The notes beneath the pieces were generated by a model that saw nothing but the letters and a program-made list of their open reading frames with translations, did no database searches and was not told the DNA's origin. A DNA stretch of 35,001 nucleotides from a virus (Duplodnaviria > Caudoviricetes). This document shows positions 25,877 through 34,526 of the stretch, in pieces. A program made the position numbers and the translations under genes. The stretch covers positions 1 to 35,001 of the IMG/VR virus record IMGVR_UViG_3300020045_004297. One strand, written 5' to 3'. The first letter of the stretch is position 1, and every line of letters starts with the position of its first letter.

Positions 25877-26332
25877 TTGAATCGTCCGAAGAGCGAAACA
25901 AAGAAGGACCCCACTTGCCCAAAATGCGGTGGAAAGAAGTTAGGGGGAGATAATGACGCATGGTGTTCAGTTTGCGGTGGCATCTCATGCCCTAAATGCG
26001 GATCACCGCGAGTTATTGACGGCAAGGTCCACAACTGGGAAGAGGACTCTCTCAGGTGCCAGATTTGCGGATGGAACAGGGAAATGGTGATGGCCCCGGT
26101 AAAATCGCAGCAGAAAACTGAGAAAACTGAGAAATTATTTGTCCGGCAGAAATGCTCCACGCCTGGGTGTCAGAACATCGTTGACACAAGATGCAATAAC
26201 GGGGGCATCTGTAAAACATGCCGGAAGAAGGCCAAGCTGGAAGAGAAAAAGGGTGCCATTGAAAGACAATTATCCCGGTTAGGTGAAAGAGCCAAGAGGC
26301 GCGAGGAATACGAAGCGGTGAGTACCCTATGA
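25877..26332 (+). CDS. Multi-zinc-ribbon protein
   Basis: CPKC, CSVC, CPKC, CQIC, CSTPGC, CKTC; GGAGG upstream of the TTG start. Confidence 0.7.
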   Translation: MNRPKSETKKDPTCPKCGGKKLGGDNDAWCSVCGGISCPKCGSPRVIDGKVHNWEEDSLRCQICGWNREMVMAPVKSQQKTEKTEKLFVRQKCSTPGCQNIVDTRCNNGGICKTCRKKAKLEEKKGAIERQLSRLGERAKRREEYEAVSTL

Positions 26333-26487
26333 GATGTCACTGCGGAAGCGAGTCATTCGAGATATATCAGAATACTTGCGGTAAATGGCGGCGCTGTCTC
26401 GCTTGCAGCTTTGTGACACAGGTAAAAACAAAGATATTGGACATCATTAAAGGAAAGATTATTGAGGATATGGGCGGTCATTTTTAA
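26329..26487 (+). CDS. Small zinc-ribbon protein (52 aa)
   Basis: ATGA coupling; MRCHCGS...CLAC. Confidence 0.55.
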   Translation: MRCHCGSESFEIYQNTCGKWRRCLACSFVTQVKTKILDIIKGKIIEDMGGHF

Positions 26488-26660
26488 GGAGGCATTATGT
26501 ACCACAAAAGACATTCTGCGAAACCGAGGAAATACCCTGAACACCCTTGCCACCGTTGCGGCGATCCGACATGCGAGAGATGTTTCTGCATCATATGCAG
26601 GGATTTGATCAAGAAGCCTTTTGTACCACCGGCAAGCCCCCTGTATTCGGGGAGGTGGGC

Positions 26661-26834
26661 GTGAAAAAGTACCGGAGCGCCACCTATATGTTTTTCGCTA
26701 CCCTGACAATGATGGCAATCGCAATCGGATTTTACAGCATCGCCGGTAACTGCGACGTACAGAAATTTGACCAGCATGACATGAATGGGGCTCTGCGGTT
26801 CCAGGCTCACAAGATGCTGGCTGGAGGGAAGTGA
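26661..26834 (+). CDS. Small single-TM protein
   Basis: GGAGGTG RBS plus GTG; one hydrophobic segment. Confidence 0.5.
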   Translation: MKKYRSATYMFFATLTMMAIAIGFYSIAGNCDVQKFDQHDMNGALRFQAHKMLAGGK

Positions 26835-26981
26835 CAATGGTTTATAAGCGCATAGTACCGGACCCCTGGTATCCGTGGAGAAAAAGAGTTGAATATGTTT
26901 GCTCCAGCTGCGGAAACATTATGGATCAATACCCGGCGAATACAAAGTGCAAATCTTGCAAGAGGTAAGGAGGGGCAGTCC

Positions 26982-27164
26982 ATGGAAATTAGAATAACTT
27001 GCCAGGAATGCCAGTCACCGCTATCCGCTGATGGAAAAATTGAGGATGGTGTCATTGTTATGGAAGCTGAACTTTGTCCGGCGTGTGTTGCCCGGTCCAT
27101 TCTCATGTCCGAAGATGCCCCCTGGGTACGGATGAAGTTTCTGAAGGCGGGTCATGCGGCATGA
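26982..27164 (+). CDS. Small zinc-ribbon protein
   Basis: AAGGAGG RBS; CQEC...CPAC. Confidence 0.6.
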   Translation: MEIRITCQECQSPLSADGKIEDGVIVMEAELCPACVARSILMSEDAPWVRMKFLKAGHAA

Positions 27165-27300
27165 GAAACCAACGAGCATTGGCGATCTGCCAGAAAAGGA
27201 GAGATGAAAGTTTACCCGATGATTATTGGATGGAAAATGAAGAAGCCCCTTCTGACAAAGGGGCCGAGGAATACAACGACAAGGGAGAGGATAACTGAAA

Positions 27301-28260
27301 ATGACAAATTTCGCAATAGTTGAAAACAGACCGCTGAGTGCAGCAGACATCAAGGCAAATGTAAACCTGATTCAACAGGTGATGAAAGCCGTGATGAAGA
27401 GAGATACTCATTATGGAACCATCCCCGGAACGCAGAAGCCGACCCTTTATAAAGCCGGTTCTGAAAAGATCCTTGCCACGTTCCGAATTGCCGTCGAGTT
27501 GGACGTTGAAGATTTGAGTGGATTCGATTGCTTCCGCTACCGCGTCAAGGCAAGGGGCGTCATCCCTTCCGGCGAAATCATCGGTTGTGGAATCGGGGAA
27601 TGCTCCACGGACGAGGAAAAGTACAAATGGCGCGGGGTGGTATGTGACGCGGAGTGGGAAGCAACGCCGGAAGACCGGAAGCGCATTAAGTATTCCAGGC
27701 CGAGCAACTACAACAAAGACGGCGTGACGCGGCAGATACGCACCAGCCCCGCCGACCTTGCAAACACGGCCCTCAAGATGGCAAAGAAGCGAGCGCAGAT
27801 AGATTTGACCCTTACGGCAACAGCCGCCTCCGATGTGTTCGAACAGGATCTTGAGGATTTACCGGATGAATATGTTGACGGTATGCGTCAAGAGCAGAAA
27901 GGCAAGCCCGAAGTACAGCAGCCGCAAGCCAAGAGCGCCAAAATGTCAGAAACACAAACCGAATACTTCCCCAGGATAAAACTTGCCCTCGATGTGCTCC
28001 ACGGTGACGATACCGAGGCGAAGAAGGCCACCATCAAAAAAGAGTCAACGATACCGGCAAAGGGTGACTACCCGGAAAAGGAAGGCATTGAAGATTACCG
28101 GACCATCGACGGTAAGCGATTAGGGATACTCGCTCACAAGATCGAACAGCTTGCCAAGAAAGCCGTCAAGGAAGAAGTGACGCCGGTCAAGTGCGCAGAT
28201 TGCGGAGAGATTGACGGCCATGCTGTTTCGTGCCCATCCGCGGTGCCGCCGAATGAGTGA
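27301..28260 (+). CDS. Putative single-strand annealing recombination protein
   Basis: HYG.IPG..KP.L.KAG.EK, G.G.CS..E.KY, NT.LKMAKKRA.ID, F.QDLED; adjacent to an exonuclease. Confidence 0.65.
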   Translation: MTNFAIVENRPLSAADIKANVNLIQQVMKAVMKRDTHYGTIPGTQKPTLYKAGSEKILATFRIAVELDVEDLSGFDCFRYRVKARGVIPSGEIIGCGIGECSTDEEKYKWRGVVCDAEWEATPEDRKRIKYSRPSNYNKDGVTRQIRTSPADLANTALKMAKKRAQIDLTLTATAASDVFEQDLEDLPDEYVDGMRQEQKGKPEVQQPQAKSAKMSETQTEYFPRIKLALDVLHGDDTEAKKATIKKESTIPAKGDYPEKEGIEDYRTIDGKRLGILAHKIEQLAKKAVKEEVTPVKCADCGEIDGHAVSCPSAVPPNE

Positions 28261-28846
28261 GTTCGTCTTTGATGAGGAAAAACATTGGTACTACCTCGAC
28301 GGCAGACCGCTTGTTTCCGTCACAAGGGTAATAAAACCGCTCTATGATTTCAGCGCGGTCCACCCTGACGTACTTCGCAGGGCGGGAGAATACGGGACGG
28401 CATTACACAAGGCTTGCGAGCTGTCACTGCTGAACGACCTTGACGAGGAAGGACTTGACGAAAACCTTAAACGACCACTTGAAGGATTCAGAAAGTGGGC
28501 CGCTACCGAACTGAACGGGGAAAGTTACGTTTGCGAAAAGCGGATGTTTCACCCGAGGCTCAAGTTTGCCGGAACAGCAGACATAATCATCGACGGACAA
28601 GCGGTAATCGACATCAAGTCAAGGGCGTTCAATCCAATCACGGACCCGCTTCAGCTCGTAGCATATGAGCATCTCTGGATGAATACGGACGGCCATTCAC
28701 CGGGACCGTACAAGCACTACACGCTGGAACTGAAACAGAGCGGCGAGTTTGTCTTTACATCGGCAAGGAAGCCGAAAACTTGGGAGAAGTTCCGCTATTT
28801 GCTTGACTACTTCAACATGGGAAAAGAAATCGAAAGGTGGAAATAA
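28253..28846 (+). CDS. PD-(D/E)XK exonuclease (Cas4/RecB-like, phage recombination)
   Basis: F.EE.H.Y.LDG..L.SVT, G...H, E......L.FAGT.D, IDIKS, QL.AY. Confidence 0.85.
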   Translation: MSEFVFDEEKHWYYLDGRPLVSVTRVIKPLYDFSAVHPDVLRRAGEYGTALHKACELSLLNDLDEEGLDENLKRPLEGFRKWAATELNGESYVCEKRMFHPRLKFAGTADIIIDGQAVIDIKSRAFNPITDPLQLVAYEHLWMNTDGHSPGPYKHYTLELKQSGEFVFTSARKPKTWEKFRYLLDYFNMGKEIERWK

Positions 28847-29559
28847 TGTCGAATTTAGCCGTAGCAGTCAAAACTGAGGAAAGCCCCTATAAAGAAGAAT
28901 CGTTAAGCCTTCACGACCAAGCAGTCGCAATCAAAGTGGTCAACCAGGTAACTTTTTCCCAAGCTGGAGAGTTCGGGAAGTCACTCAAAGAGTTGCAGAA
29001 GAACATTGAGGACTACTTCGAGGACTCCATTAAGAAGGCTCACGCCGCGCACAAGTCCCTTGTTGCATTAAGGGACAAGGAACTTAAGCCGGTCAAAGAT
29101 GCTCTCGACACCCTCAGAAGGTGCATGAACGGATACCTCCAAGATCAAGAGCGGATCCGACAGGAAGAAGAACGCAAGGCCCGACTCGCTGCAGCAGAAG
29201 AAGCCCGGAAGGAAATGGAAAGGCTTTTGGCCCTCGCTGCCAAGGCAGAGGAAAAAGGCAAGGATGAAAAAGCCGAGGAACTTCTGGAACGTGCCGAAAA
29301 TGTCTATGTCGCGCCGGTCACGGTTGCGCCCAGGGTGGAAACGGCAAAGTTTGAGGGCGGCAATGTCGGGCAAGTGAAGGAGTTGCAGATCACCGTCACT
29401 GATTTGAAGGCGTTCCTGGCTGAATTGGTGAAGCGCGGCATGGCTCCGACGATGATAGAAGTCAAGCCCGGCTCACTTAAGGCATGGGTCAAGGCCAACG
29501 ATTTTAAGTCCTTCACCGGCCTTGCCATAGTCGAAACGGTTTCAGCCAGAATGCGCTAA
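28846..29559 (+). CDS. Coiled-coil recombination-module protein
   Basis: Long E/K/A-rich coiled coil; TAATG coupling to the exonuclease. Confidence 0.7.
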   Translation: MSNLAVAVKTEESPYKEESLSLHDQAVAIKVVNQVTFSQAGEFGKSLKELQKNIEDYFEDSIKKAHAAHKSLVALRDKELKPVKDALDTLRRCMNGYLQDQERIRQEEERKARLAAAEEARKEMERLLALAAKAEEKGKDEKAEELLERAENVYVAPVTVAPRVETAKFEGGNVGQVKELQITVTDLKAFLAELVKRGMAPTMIEVKPGSLKAWVKANDFKSFTGLAIVETVSARMR

Positions 29560-29891
29560 TGAACTTCGTACCGCGCCCAGAGTGGTGCAAGAAACACTGT
29601 TTCTATTTCAAGGAATGCCCGGACACATGCGCCGGGCATAAGGAACCGGAGGGTGAAGCTGCCATGATGAAAAAAGTCTACAGCTGCGACATATGCAAAG
29701 ACGGAATTAAAGACCCTGCCGCATCGTTTGGTTTGAATTTTAGCACCAGAGAAGATTTTACTCTTGGTGGATATGGATGCACTGACGGAACACATATTTG
29801 CTACAGGTGCGCAAGACAATTAGCTGGACATCTTGCCAAGCCTGAGATTGTCAAACTGTTGAGCAAGGAACCACAATGCTCAAAACCATAA
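29559..29891 (+). CDS. Cys-rich hypothetical protein
   Basis: CDIC...HIC..C; coupled start. Confidence 0.55.
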   Translation: MNFVPRPEWCKKHCFYFKECPDTCAGHKEPEGEAAMMKKVYSCDICKDGIKDPAASFGLNFSTREDFTLGGYGCTDGTHICYRCARQLAGHLAKPEIVKLLSKEPQCSKP

Positions 29892-30023
29892 TAACCTTCA
29901 TCTTCTTCCGCTGGCTGGGTCCGAAATGGGTTGACGGGGATTTGTGCCGATGTGACGACTCGGATCAGGGGCGAAGGTGCAAGGGGTGTTCTACACGCAC
30001 AGCGTACAAAAACAGGTGAATAA

Positions 30024-30257
30024 ATGCAAAAAGACGAACTAAAAACCGCCCGGCTAAAAATGGGATTGAACATGGTCGAAATGGCGAAGGTCCTCAAGAC
30101 CCCCTACCGAACTTTTCAGGATTGGGAGGGAGGCCACAACCCCATCCCTGGCGTCTGCCAGGTCGCGGTGGAGTTACTACTGAAAAAGGATGAGTGGTTC
30201 ATGGCTACCGTTTTTGAGCGGGTGGAGAGGAAAATACAGGGAGGGAAACCACAATGA
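30024..30257 (+). CDS. Small XRE-type HTH protein
   Basis: ELK.AR..MGL...EMA..L....RT.QDWE.G..PIP. Confidence 0.85.
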   Translation: MQKDELKTARLKMGLNMVEMAKVLKTPYRTFQDWEGGHNPIPGVCQVAVELLLKKDEWFMATVFERVERKIQGGKPQ

Positions 30258-30481
30258 GTAAGGTCATGGTAATGCAAAGCATAAAAGGAAAAATGCAAGT
30301 AATGGACATTCTGGCAATCGGTAAAACGGACGCCGAATTAATCCCGTACAACAATAGAGTGACCGGAGTAAGCGATCCTATGGTCAGGTACTCAGAGGGT
30401 CATTTTGTCCATGCCAGTACCGTAAGTCGCATGGGGGGGGTGATTGTTGACGCTGAAACTTTGGAACCGGTTACGTCCTAG
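30254..30481 (+). CDS. Hypothetical protein
   Basis: ATGA coupling, GGAGGG RBS. Confidence 0.6.
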   Translation: MSKVMVMQSIKGKMQVMDILAIGKTDAELIPYNNRVTGVSDPMVRYSEGHFVHASTVSRMGGVIVDAETLEPVTS

Positions 30482-30491
30482 GAGAATGTAA

Positions 30492-30887
30492 ATGTCACTT
30501 CGTTTCAGTGAGGAAGAATACAACGCCCTAATCAGCCGACGGGAGGCTATCACCATTCCGAAGCCCTCAAAATACCGCGCCCAAAAAGTGACCATCGACG
30601 GTATCACCTTCGACTCAAAGAAGGAAGGCGCGAGATACCAGCAACTACTGATGATGCAAAGGGCCGGTAAGATCCACAATCTTGAGTTACAGCCGTCTTT
30701 TGAACTTGCCCCTGCCGTTACCATTGCCGGGAAGACTAAACGCGCCTTGATATATCGTGCTGACTTCGCTTATACGGAAAATGGGGTGGAGATAGTGGAA
30801 GATTGCAAGGGGATGCTTACGGATGTTTATAAAATCAAGCGGCACATTCTGAAGCACGTTCACAATATCGACATACGGGAGACTTGA
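30492..30887 (+). CDS. DUF1064-family endonuclease
   Basis: SKY.A.K..IDGI.FDSKKE..RY, LQP.F.L, Y.ADF.Y, VED.KG..T.VYK.K. Confidence 0.9.
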   Translation: MSLRFSEEEYNALISRREAITIPKPSKYRAQKVTIDGITFDSKKEGARYQQLLMMQRAGKIHNLELQPSFELAPAVTIAGKTKRALIYRADFAYTENGVEIVEDCKGMLTDVYKIKRHILKHVHNIDIRET

Positions 30888-31141
30888 TGAAGATAACAGG
30901 AAAAAACCACTACGCAAAACTGGATAAATCGCCTCGGCTGCAAAGGCTTCTGGCCTTCCTGCAAAAAGGCGGCGAACATTCAACCAGGGACATTATTATC
31001 AATACCGGAGTCGTGGCGGTTTCGTCAGCAGCTTCCGAGTTGCGGGAAAATGGCTACAACGTCGGCTGTCGTTATGACGGCATGACCGAGGATGGCAACC
31101 GGGTATATGTTTACTGGCTGGAAGATCGGGTGGCGGCATGA
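30884..31141 (+). CDS. Winged-HTH-like small protein
   Basis: RLQRLL..L..GG..ST.DI......AV.SA.SELR.NG. Confidence 0.65.
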   Translation: MMKITGKNHYAKLDKSPRLQRLLAFLQKGGEHSTRDIIINTGVVAVSSAASELRENGYNVGCRYDGMTEDGNRVYVYWLEDRVAA

Positions 31142-31446
31142 TCCAGAAACTAACCATCCACCAACGATACGCCTCCTTCGGCCTATCCTTCACCCTCGCT
31201 CTACTCGACGCCCTCAAACGCCACGAGAAACCGAAAGGTGCGCTTCATAACCGGCTGAAGAACACCGAGGAAGCTATCAACAAATGCCTCGACTGCTACC
31301 AGATCAAAGCGTTTGAGGTTAATGACCTGGAAGCGGCAAGCAAGGTATTCGATATTCTTGAGAAGGAAACGAAACGACATTTTGGGAAATTGACCGGACC
31401 GCAGAGAGATGATAAAGGGCGGTTTTTGGGGAGGGATGCGGAATGA
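31138..31446 (+). CDS. Hypothetical protein
   Basis: Coupled at both ends; RDDKGRF C-terminus. Confidence 0.6.
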   Translation: MIQKLTIHQRYASFGLSFTLALLDALKRHEKPKGALHNRLKNTEEAINKCLDCYQIKAFEVNDLEAASKVFDILEKETKRHFGKLTGPQRDDKGRFLGRDAE

Positions 31447-31682
31447 TGACAGCAGAAATATTAAACGACATCCTACGCGAACTGGAGCGCGCTGAACGGC
31501 TTCACCCTGCGTGGCCTACTGATACCATTCACCAAGTATCAATAATGGGAGAGGAAGCCGGGGAATCGCTCAGGGCGGCATTGCGGTTAGTATACGAAGG
31601 GGGAACATTGGAAGAACTGAGAACGGAAATGGTGCAGACTGGCGCTATGGTGATCCGGGTGCTTAAAAACTTAAAGGGTTGA
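31443..31682 (+). CDS. MazG-like (all-alpha NTP pyrophosphohydrolase fold) small protein
   Basis: EE.GE...A and E..Q..AM pattern. Confidence 0.65.
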   Translation: MMTAEILNDILRELERAERLHPAWPTDTIHQVSIMGEEAGESLRAALRLVYEGGTLEELRTEMVQTGAMVIRVLKNLKG

Positions 31683-31688
31683 CCTAAC

Positions 31689-32114
31689 ATGAAAAGGGTC
31701 TACCACCATTATCTGACTTGGGAAGAATATCATGCCGGGATGTGGCGGAAGGTTTATGGCGATGACAAGAAAAGCTACCTGGAAAAAGTAATTGAATTTA
31801 CCGGGAACGCTGATCTTTACGGGGAATGGATGCTAAAGGTTATAACGTCGTGGCCTTTGTCGTGTGAACATAACTTGACAGCCGTTTCCACCAATAGAAA
31901 AGCCTGGATAGGCCACGCTGCTTGTTGCCTTGCCATTGGTTGCCCCGAAGACGTAACTCGCAGCGCTTGGGGTTACTTGAGCCACGAACAGCGCGACAGG
32001 GCAAATTTGAAAGCAGATCAGGCAATTGAACAATGGGAGATTCTTCATGCGGAGAAAGATAAGGGCGTACATAGCAGACTGGAAACTCAAGGGGTATTCT
32101 GCTGGGATCCCTGA
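31689..32114 (+). CDS. Trp/His/Cys-rich hypothetical protein heading the IbrAB-like cassette
   Basis: HY..WE.Y..GMW, WP.SCEHNLT, N.KAWIGHAAC, TR.AW..L. Confidence 0.75.
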   Translation: MKRVYHHYLTWEEYHAGMWRKVYGDDKKSYLEKVIEFTGNADLYGEWMLKVITSWPLSCEHNLTAVSTNRKAWIGHAACCLAIGCPEDVTRSAWGYLSHEQRDRANLKADQAIEQWEILHAEKDKGVHSRLETQGVFCWDP

Positions 32115-32286
32115 CAATGCTCCCGACAACCTCGAAGCCCTCAATAAGGTTCCTTCCTATCGTGCCGTTTGCAAGGCAATACTCAAAAATGATATAGCGT
32201 TACTCTCACTTGGTTTTTCAAAGCCATACAGTGAGGTGTATAATTTAATAAAAAGGGAAGAAATTGAAAGGCGGGTAAAAACATGA
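32047..32286 (+). CDS. Stand-alone paralogue of the IbrA/DUF3440 C-terminal module
   Basis: VPSYRAVCKAILKND..L.SLGFS aligns with IPTYKRMCVCIMKND..CKYMGFS of the downstream gene; GGGAG RBS. Confidence 0.7.
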   Translation: MRRKIRAYIADWKLKGYSAGIPDNAPDNLEALNKVPSYRAVCKAILKNDIALLSLGFSKPYSEVYNLIKREEIERRVKT

Positions 32287-33578
32287 ACGTTTACGAAGCC
32301 GCTAAAAAACGTATTTCAACTGTTTTTGACAACTTCGACAATATTTATGTGTCATTTTCGGGAGGAAAGGACAGCGGTGTTTTGCTCAATCTCTGCATTG
32401 ATCATATCAGGGAGAATGGGCTTGATCGGAGAATTGGAGTTTTCCACATCGACTATGAAGCACAATATCAGATGACGACAGATTATGTCGATTCTGAACT
32501 CAGTAAAAATGGTGACATTATCGACGTGTACCGCATTTGCTTACCTATCGCTGCCAACTGCGGGACATCCATGCACCAAGGCTATTGGATACCTTGGGAT
32601 GCTGATAAAGAAGAATTATGGGTACGCGAGCTTCCAGAAAACAGCATAAACGAATCGAACTGTGAATTTGAATGGTTCACTAAGGGCATGTGGGACTATG
32701 ACCTTCAAGAGCGTTTCTCGGAATGGATACATGAGAAAAATAAGGCCACAAAAACGGCCTGTCTTGTCGGAATCAGAACACAGGAGTCACTTAACCGTTG
32801 GAGGGCGATTCACAGCGATAAGAACACGAACAAGTTTCTTAATCATGAATGGACCCTGGAGTTGTCACCTAACATTTTCAACGCTTACCCGGTCTACGAT
32901 TGGACAGTTGAGGATGTTTGGACTGCAAACGCAAAACAAGGATGGGATTACAATAAGCTGTATGATCTTTTCTACCAGGCAGGCGTTCCAATAGGTAAGC
33001 AGCGAGTTGCCAGTCCTTTCCATGAGTGTGGCATTGAAAACCTCAAGCTCTATAAGGTAATTGACCCGAAGAACTGGGCAAAGATGGTGGGGAGGACAAA
33101 CGGTGTCAACTTCGCCGGGCTTTACGGTGGCACCACGGCAATGGGTTGGAAGTCAATAACTCTCCCTCCTGGACATACCTGGAAAAGTTACATGGAGTTT
33201 CTACTTGACACCCTTCCCACTGAAACTGCTGAAAATTACAAAAAAAAACTTCAAAAAAGTATCGAGTTCTGGAAAACCAAAGGGGGCTGCCTTTCCCGCG
33301 ATTTAATTACTCGACTAGAAAAACTTGGGATTACGTTCCAGGTAGGAGAGTCAACCAATTACAAGACGGACAAACTGCCAGTAATGATGGAGTACCTTGA
33401 CGATATTGACATTGAAGAATTCAGGGAGATTCCAACGTACAAGCGCATGTGTGTCTGTATCATGAAAAATGATCATCTTTGCAAGTATATGGGATTCTCT
33501 CTCACGAAAACTGAAACGCAAATGAGAGAAGAGGCCGACAGAAAATACAAAACTGTGTTGGAGGGGAAAAATGGCTGA
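32283..33578 (+). CDS. ibrA: IbrA/YbdN-like PAPS-reductase-family (PP-loop) protein with DUF3440
   Basis: SFSGGKDS PP-loop, ID.EAQY..T, LVGIR..ESLNR, P.YDW...DVW, YN.LYDL, RV..PF, W.KM..R..G.NF. Confidence 0.9.
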   Translation: MNVYEAAKKRISTVFDNFDNIYVSFSGGKDSGVLLNLCIDHIRENGLDRRIGVFHIDYEAQYQMTTDYVDSELSKNGDIIDVYRICLPIAANCGTSMHQGYWIPWDADKEELWVRELPENSINESNCEFEWFTKGMWDYDLQERFSEWIHEKNKATKTACLVGIRTQESLNRWRAIHSDKNTNKFLNHEWTLELSPNIFNAYPVYDWTVEDVWTANAKQGWDYNKLYDLFYQAGVPIGKQRVASPFHECGIENLKLYKVIDPKNWAKMVGRTNGVNFAGLYGGTTAMGWKSITLPPGHTWKSYMEFLLDTLPTETAENYKKKLQKSIEFWKTKGGCLSRDLITRLEKLGITFQVGESTNYKTDKLPVMMEYLDDIDIEEFREIPTYKRMCVCIMKNDHLCKYMGFSLTKTETQMREEADRKYKTVLEGKNG

Positions 33579-34089
33579 ATACAAATCACCAGTTTATAAC
33601 GTATTAGCGGTTCCTATCGAGAAGATACGAGCCAACACATACAACCCTAATGCCGTTGCTCCACCAGAAATGGAACTGCTTGAAATATCCATATGGGAAG
33701 ACGGCTACACCATGCCGATTGTCTGCTACTACCTCCCCGATGAAGACATTTACGAGATAGTAGACGGATACCACCGCTACACAACCATGCTCAATAGTAA
33801 GAGAATTTTTGACCGCGAAGGTGGGAAACTGCCGGTTACGGTAATTGATAAGGACGAGTCAAACCGTATGGCTTCAACGATCCGGCATAACCGCGCAAGA
33901 GGATCACACAGCATTGAACTTATGTCAAATATTGTTGCCGAATTGACAAACGCTGGCATGAGCGACGCCTGGATTTTGAAGCATATCGGGATGGATAAAG
34001 ACGAACTGTTGAGGCTTAAACAGATTACTGGGATAGCCGCGTTGTTTAAGGATAGGGAATTTACGGAAGCATGGGAGGGTCGAAAATGA
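33571..34089 (+). CDS. ibrB: IbrB/YbdM-like ParB/Srx-domain protein
   Basis: AN.YNPN.VAPPE..LL..SI..DGYT.PIV, IVDG.HR, RMASTIRHNRARG.H, GMD.DE.LRLKQITG. Confidence 0.92.
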   Translation: MAEYKSPVYNVLAVPIEKIRANTYNPNAVAPPEMELLEISIWEDGYTMPIVCYYLPDEDIYEIVDGYHRYTTMLNSKRIFDREGGKLPVTVIDKDESNRMASTIRHNRARGSHSIELMSNIVAELTNAGMSDAWILKHIGMDKDELLRLKQITGIAALFKDREFTEAWEGRK

Positions 34090-34307
34090 GCGCCCTTGAC
34101 AACCAGAAAGGTGGCGACCATTACCGCAAGCTCGGAGAATACCAACCGTGGATAGTCTTGTCAAAGTGGCTGACACCGGAAGAACTGAAGGGTGCAATGA
34201 AGAAGGAAGTTATTGCCTACCTTGCCAGGGAATCAGACAAGGGCGGCAGGCTTGACATTGAAAAGGCCATGCACACGTTACAGATTTATTTGGAGTTGGC
34301 GGGCTGA
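34086..34307 (+). CDS. DUF3310-family protein
   Basis: SALD.Q.GGDHY, Y..R...KGG..DIEKA.H.L. Confidence 0.8.
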   Translation: MSALDNQKGGDHYRKLGEYQPWIVLSKWLTPEELKGAMKKEVIAYLARESDKGGRLDIEKAMHTLQIYLELAG

Positions 34308-34335
34308 AAACTAAAGCAAAAACAAAGTAACAATT

Positions 34336-34367
34336 ACTTTACTTTTACGTTGGCGGCGGTGTATAAT
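34336..34367 (+). promoter_or_regulatory. Promoter/operator upstream of the replication gene
   Basis: TTTACT-18 bp-TATAAT; 13-bp ACTTTACTTTTAC identical to 25327-25339. Confidence 0.6.
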
Positions 34368-34404
34368 GGTACTTGGAATTGGAAATGAAATTGAATATGA
34401 ATTA

Positions 34405-34510
34405 ACACGGTTGTGCCAGATCGTGTATAATATGAATGGATTGGACTGCATGGCAGTTCGTTCCCCTAAGGCTCTAAGAGAAGTGGCACCTTCTTTTGGG
34501 GCCTTTTGTA
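34405..34510 (+). promoter_or_regulatory. Three-hairpin leader/attenuator with complementary loops
   Basis: Loops GTGCCA (34413-34418) and TGGCAC (34484-34489); the last hairpin is followed by Ts. Confidence 0.6.
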
Positions 34511-34526
34511 TTTCCTGGGGTCATTA

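Noticed and set aside
28253-28846. Cas4-like nuclease as part of a CRISPR system
   Set aside because: No repeat-spacer array or other cas genes; lacks the Fe-S cysteines; sits in a recombination module.
30024-30481. Type II toxin-antitoxin pair
   Set aside because: The HTH gene has no recognisable RelE/HigB/HicA partner or separate promoter.
32283-33578. Auxiliary metabolic cysH for sulfate assimilation
   Set aside because: Length, DUF3440-type C-terminus and pairing with an IbrB-like ParB gene fit IbrA/YbdN rather than CysH.
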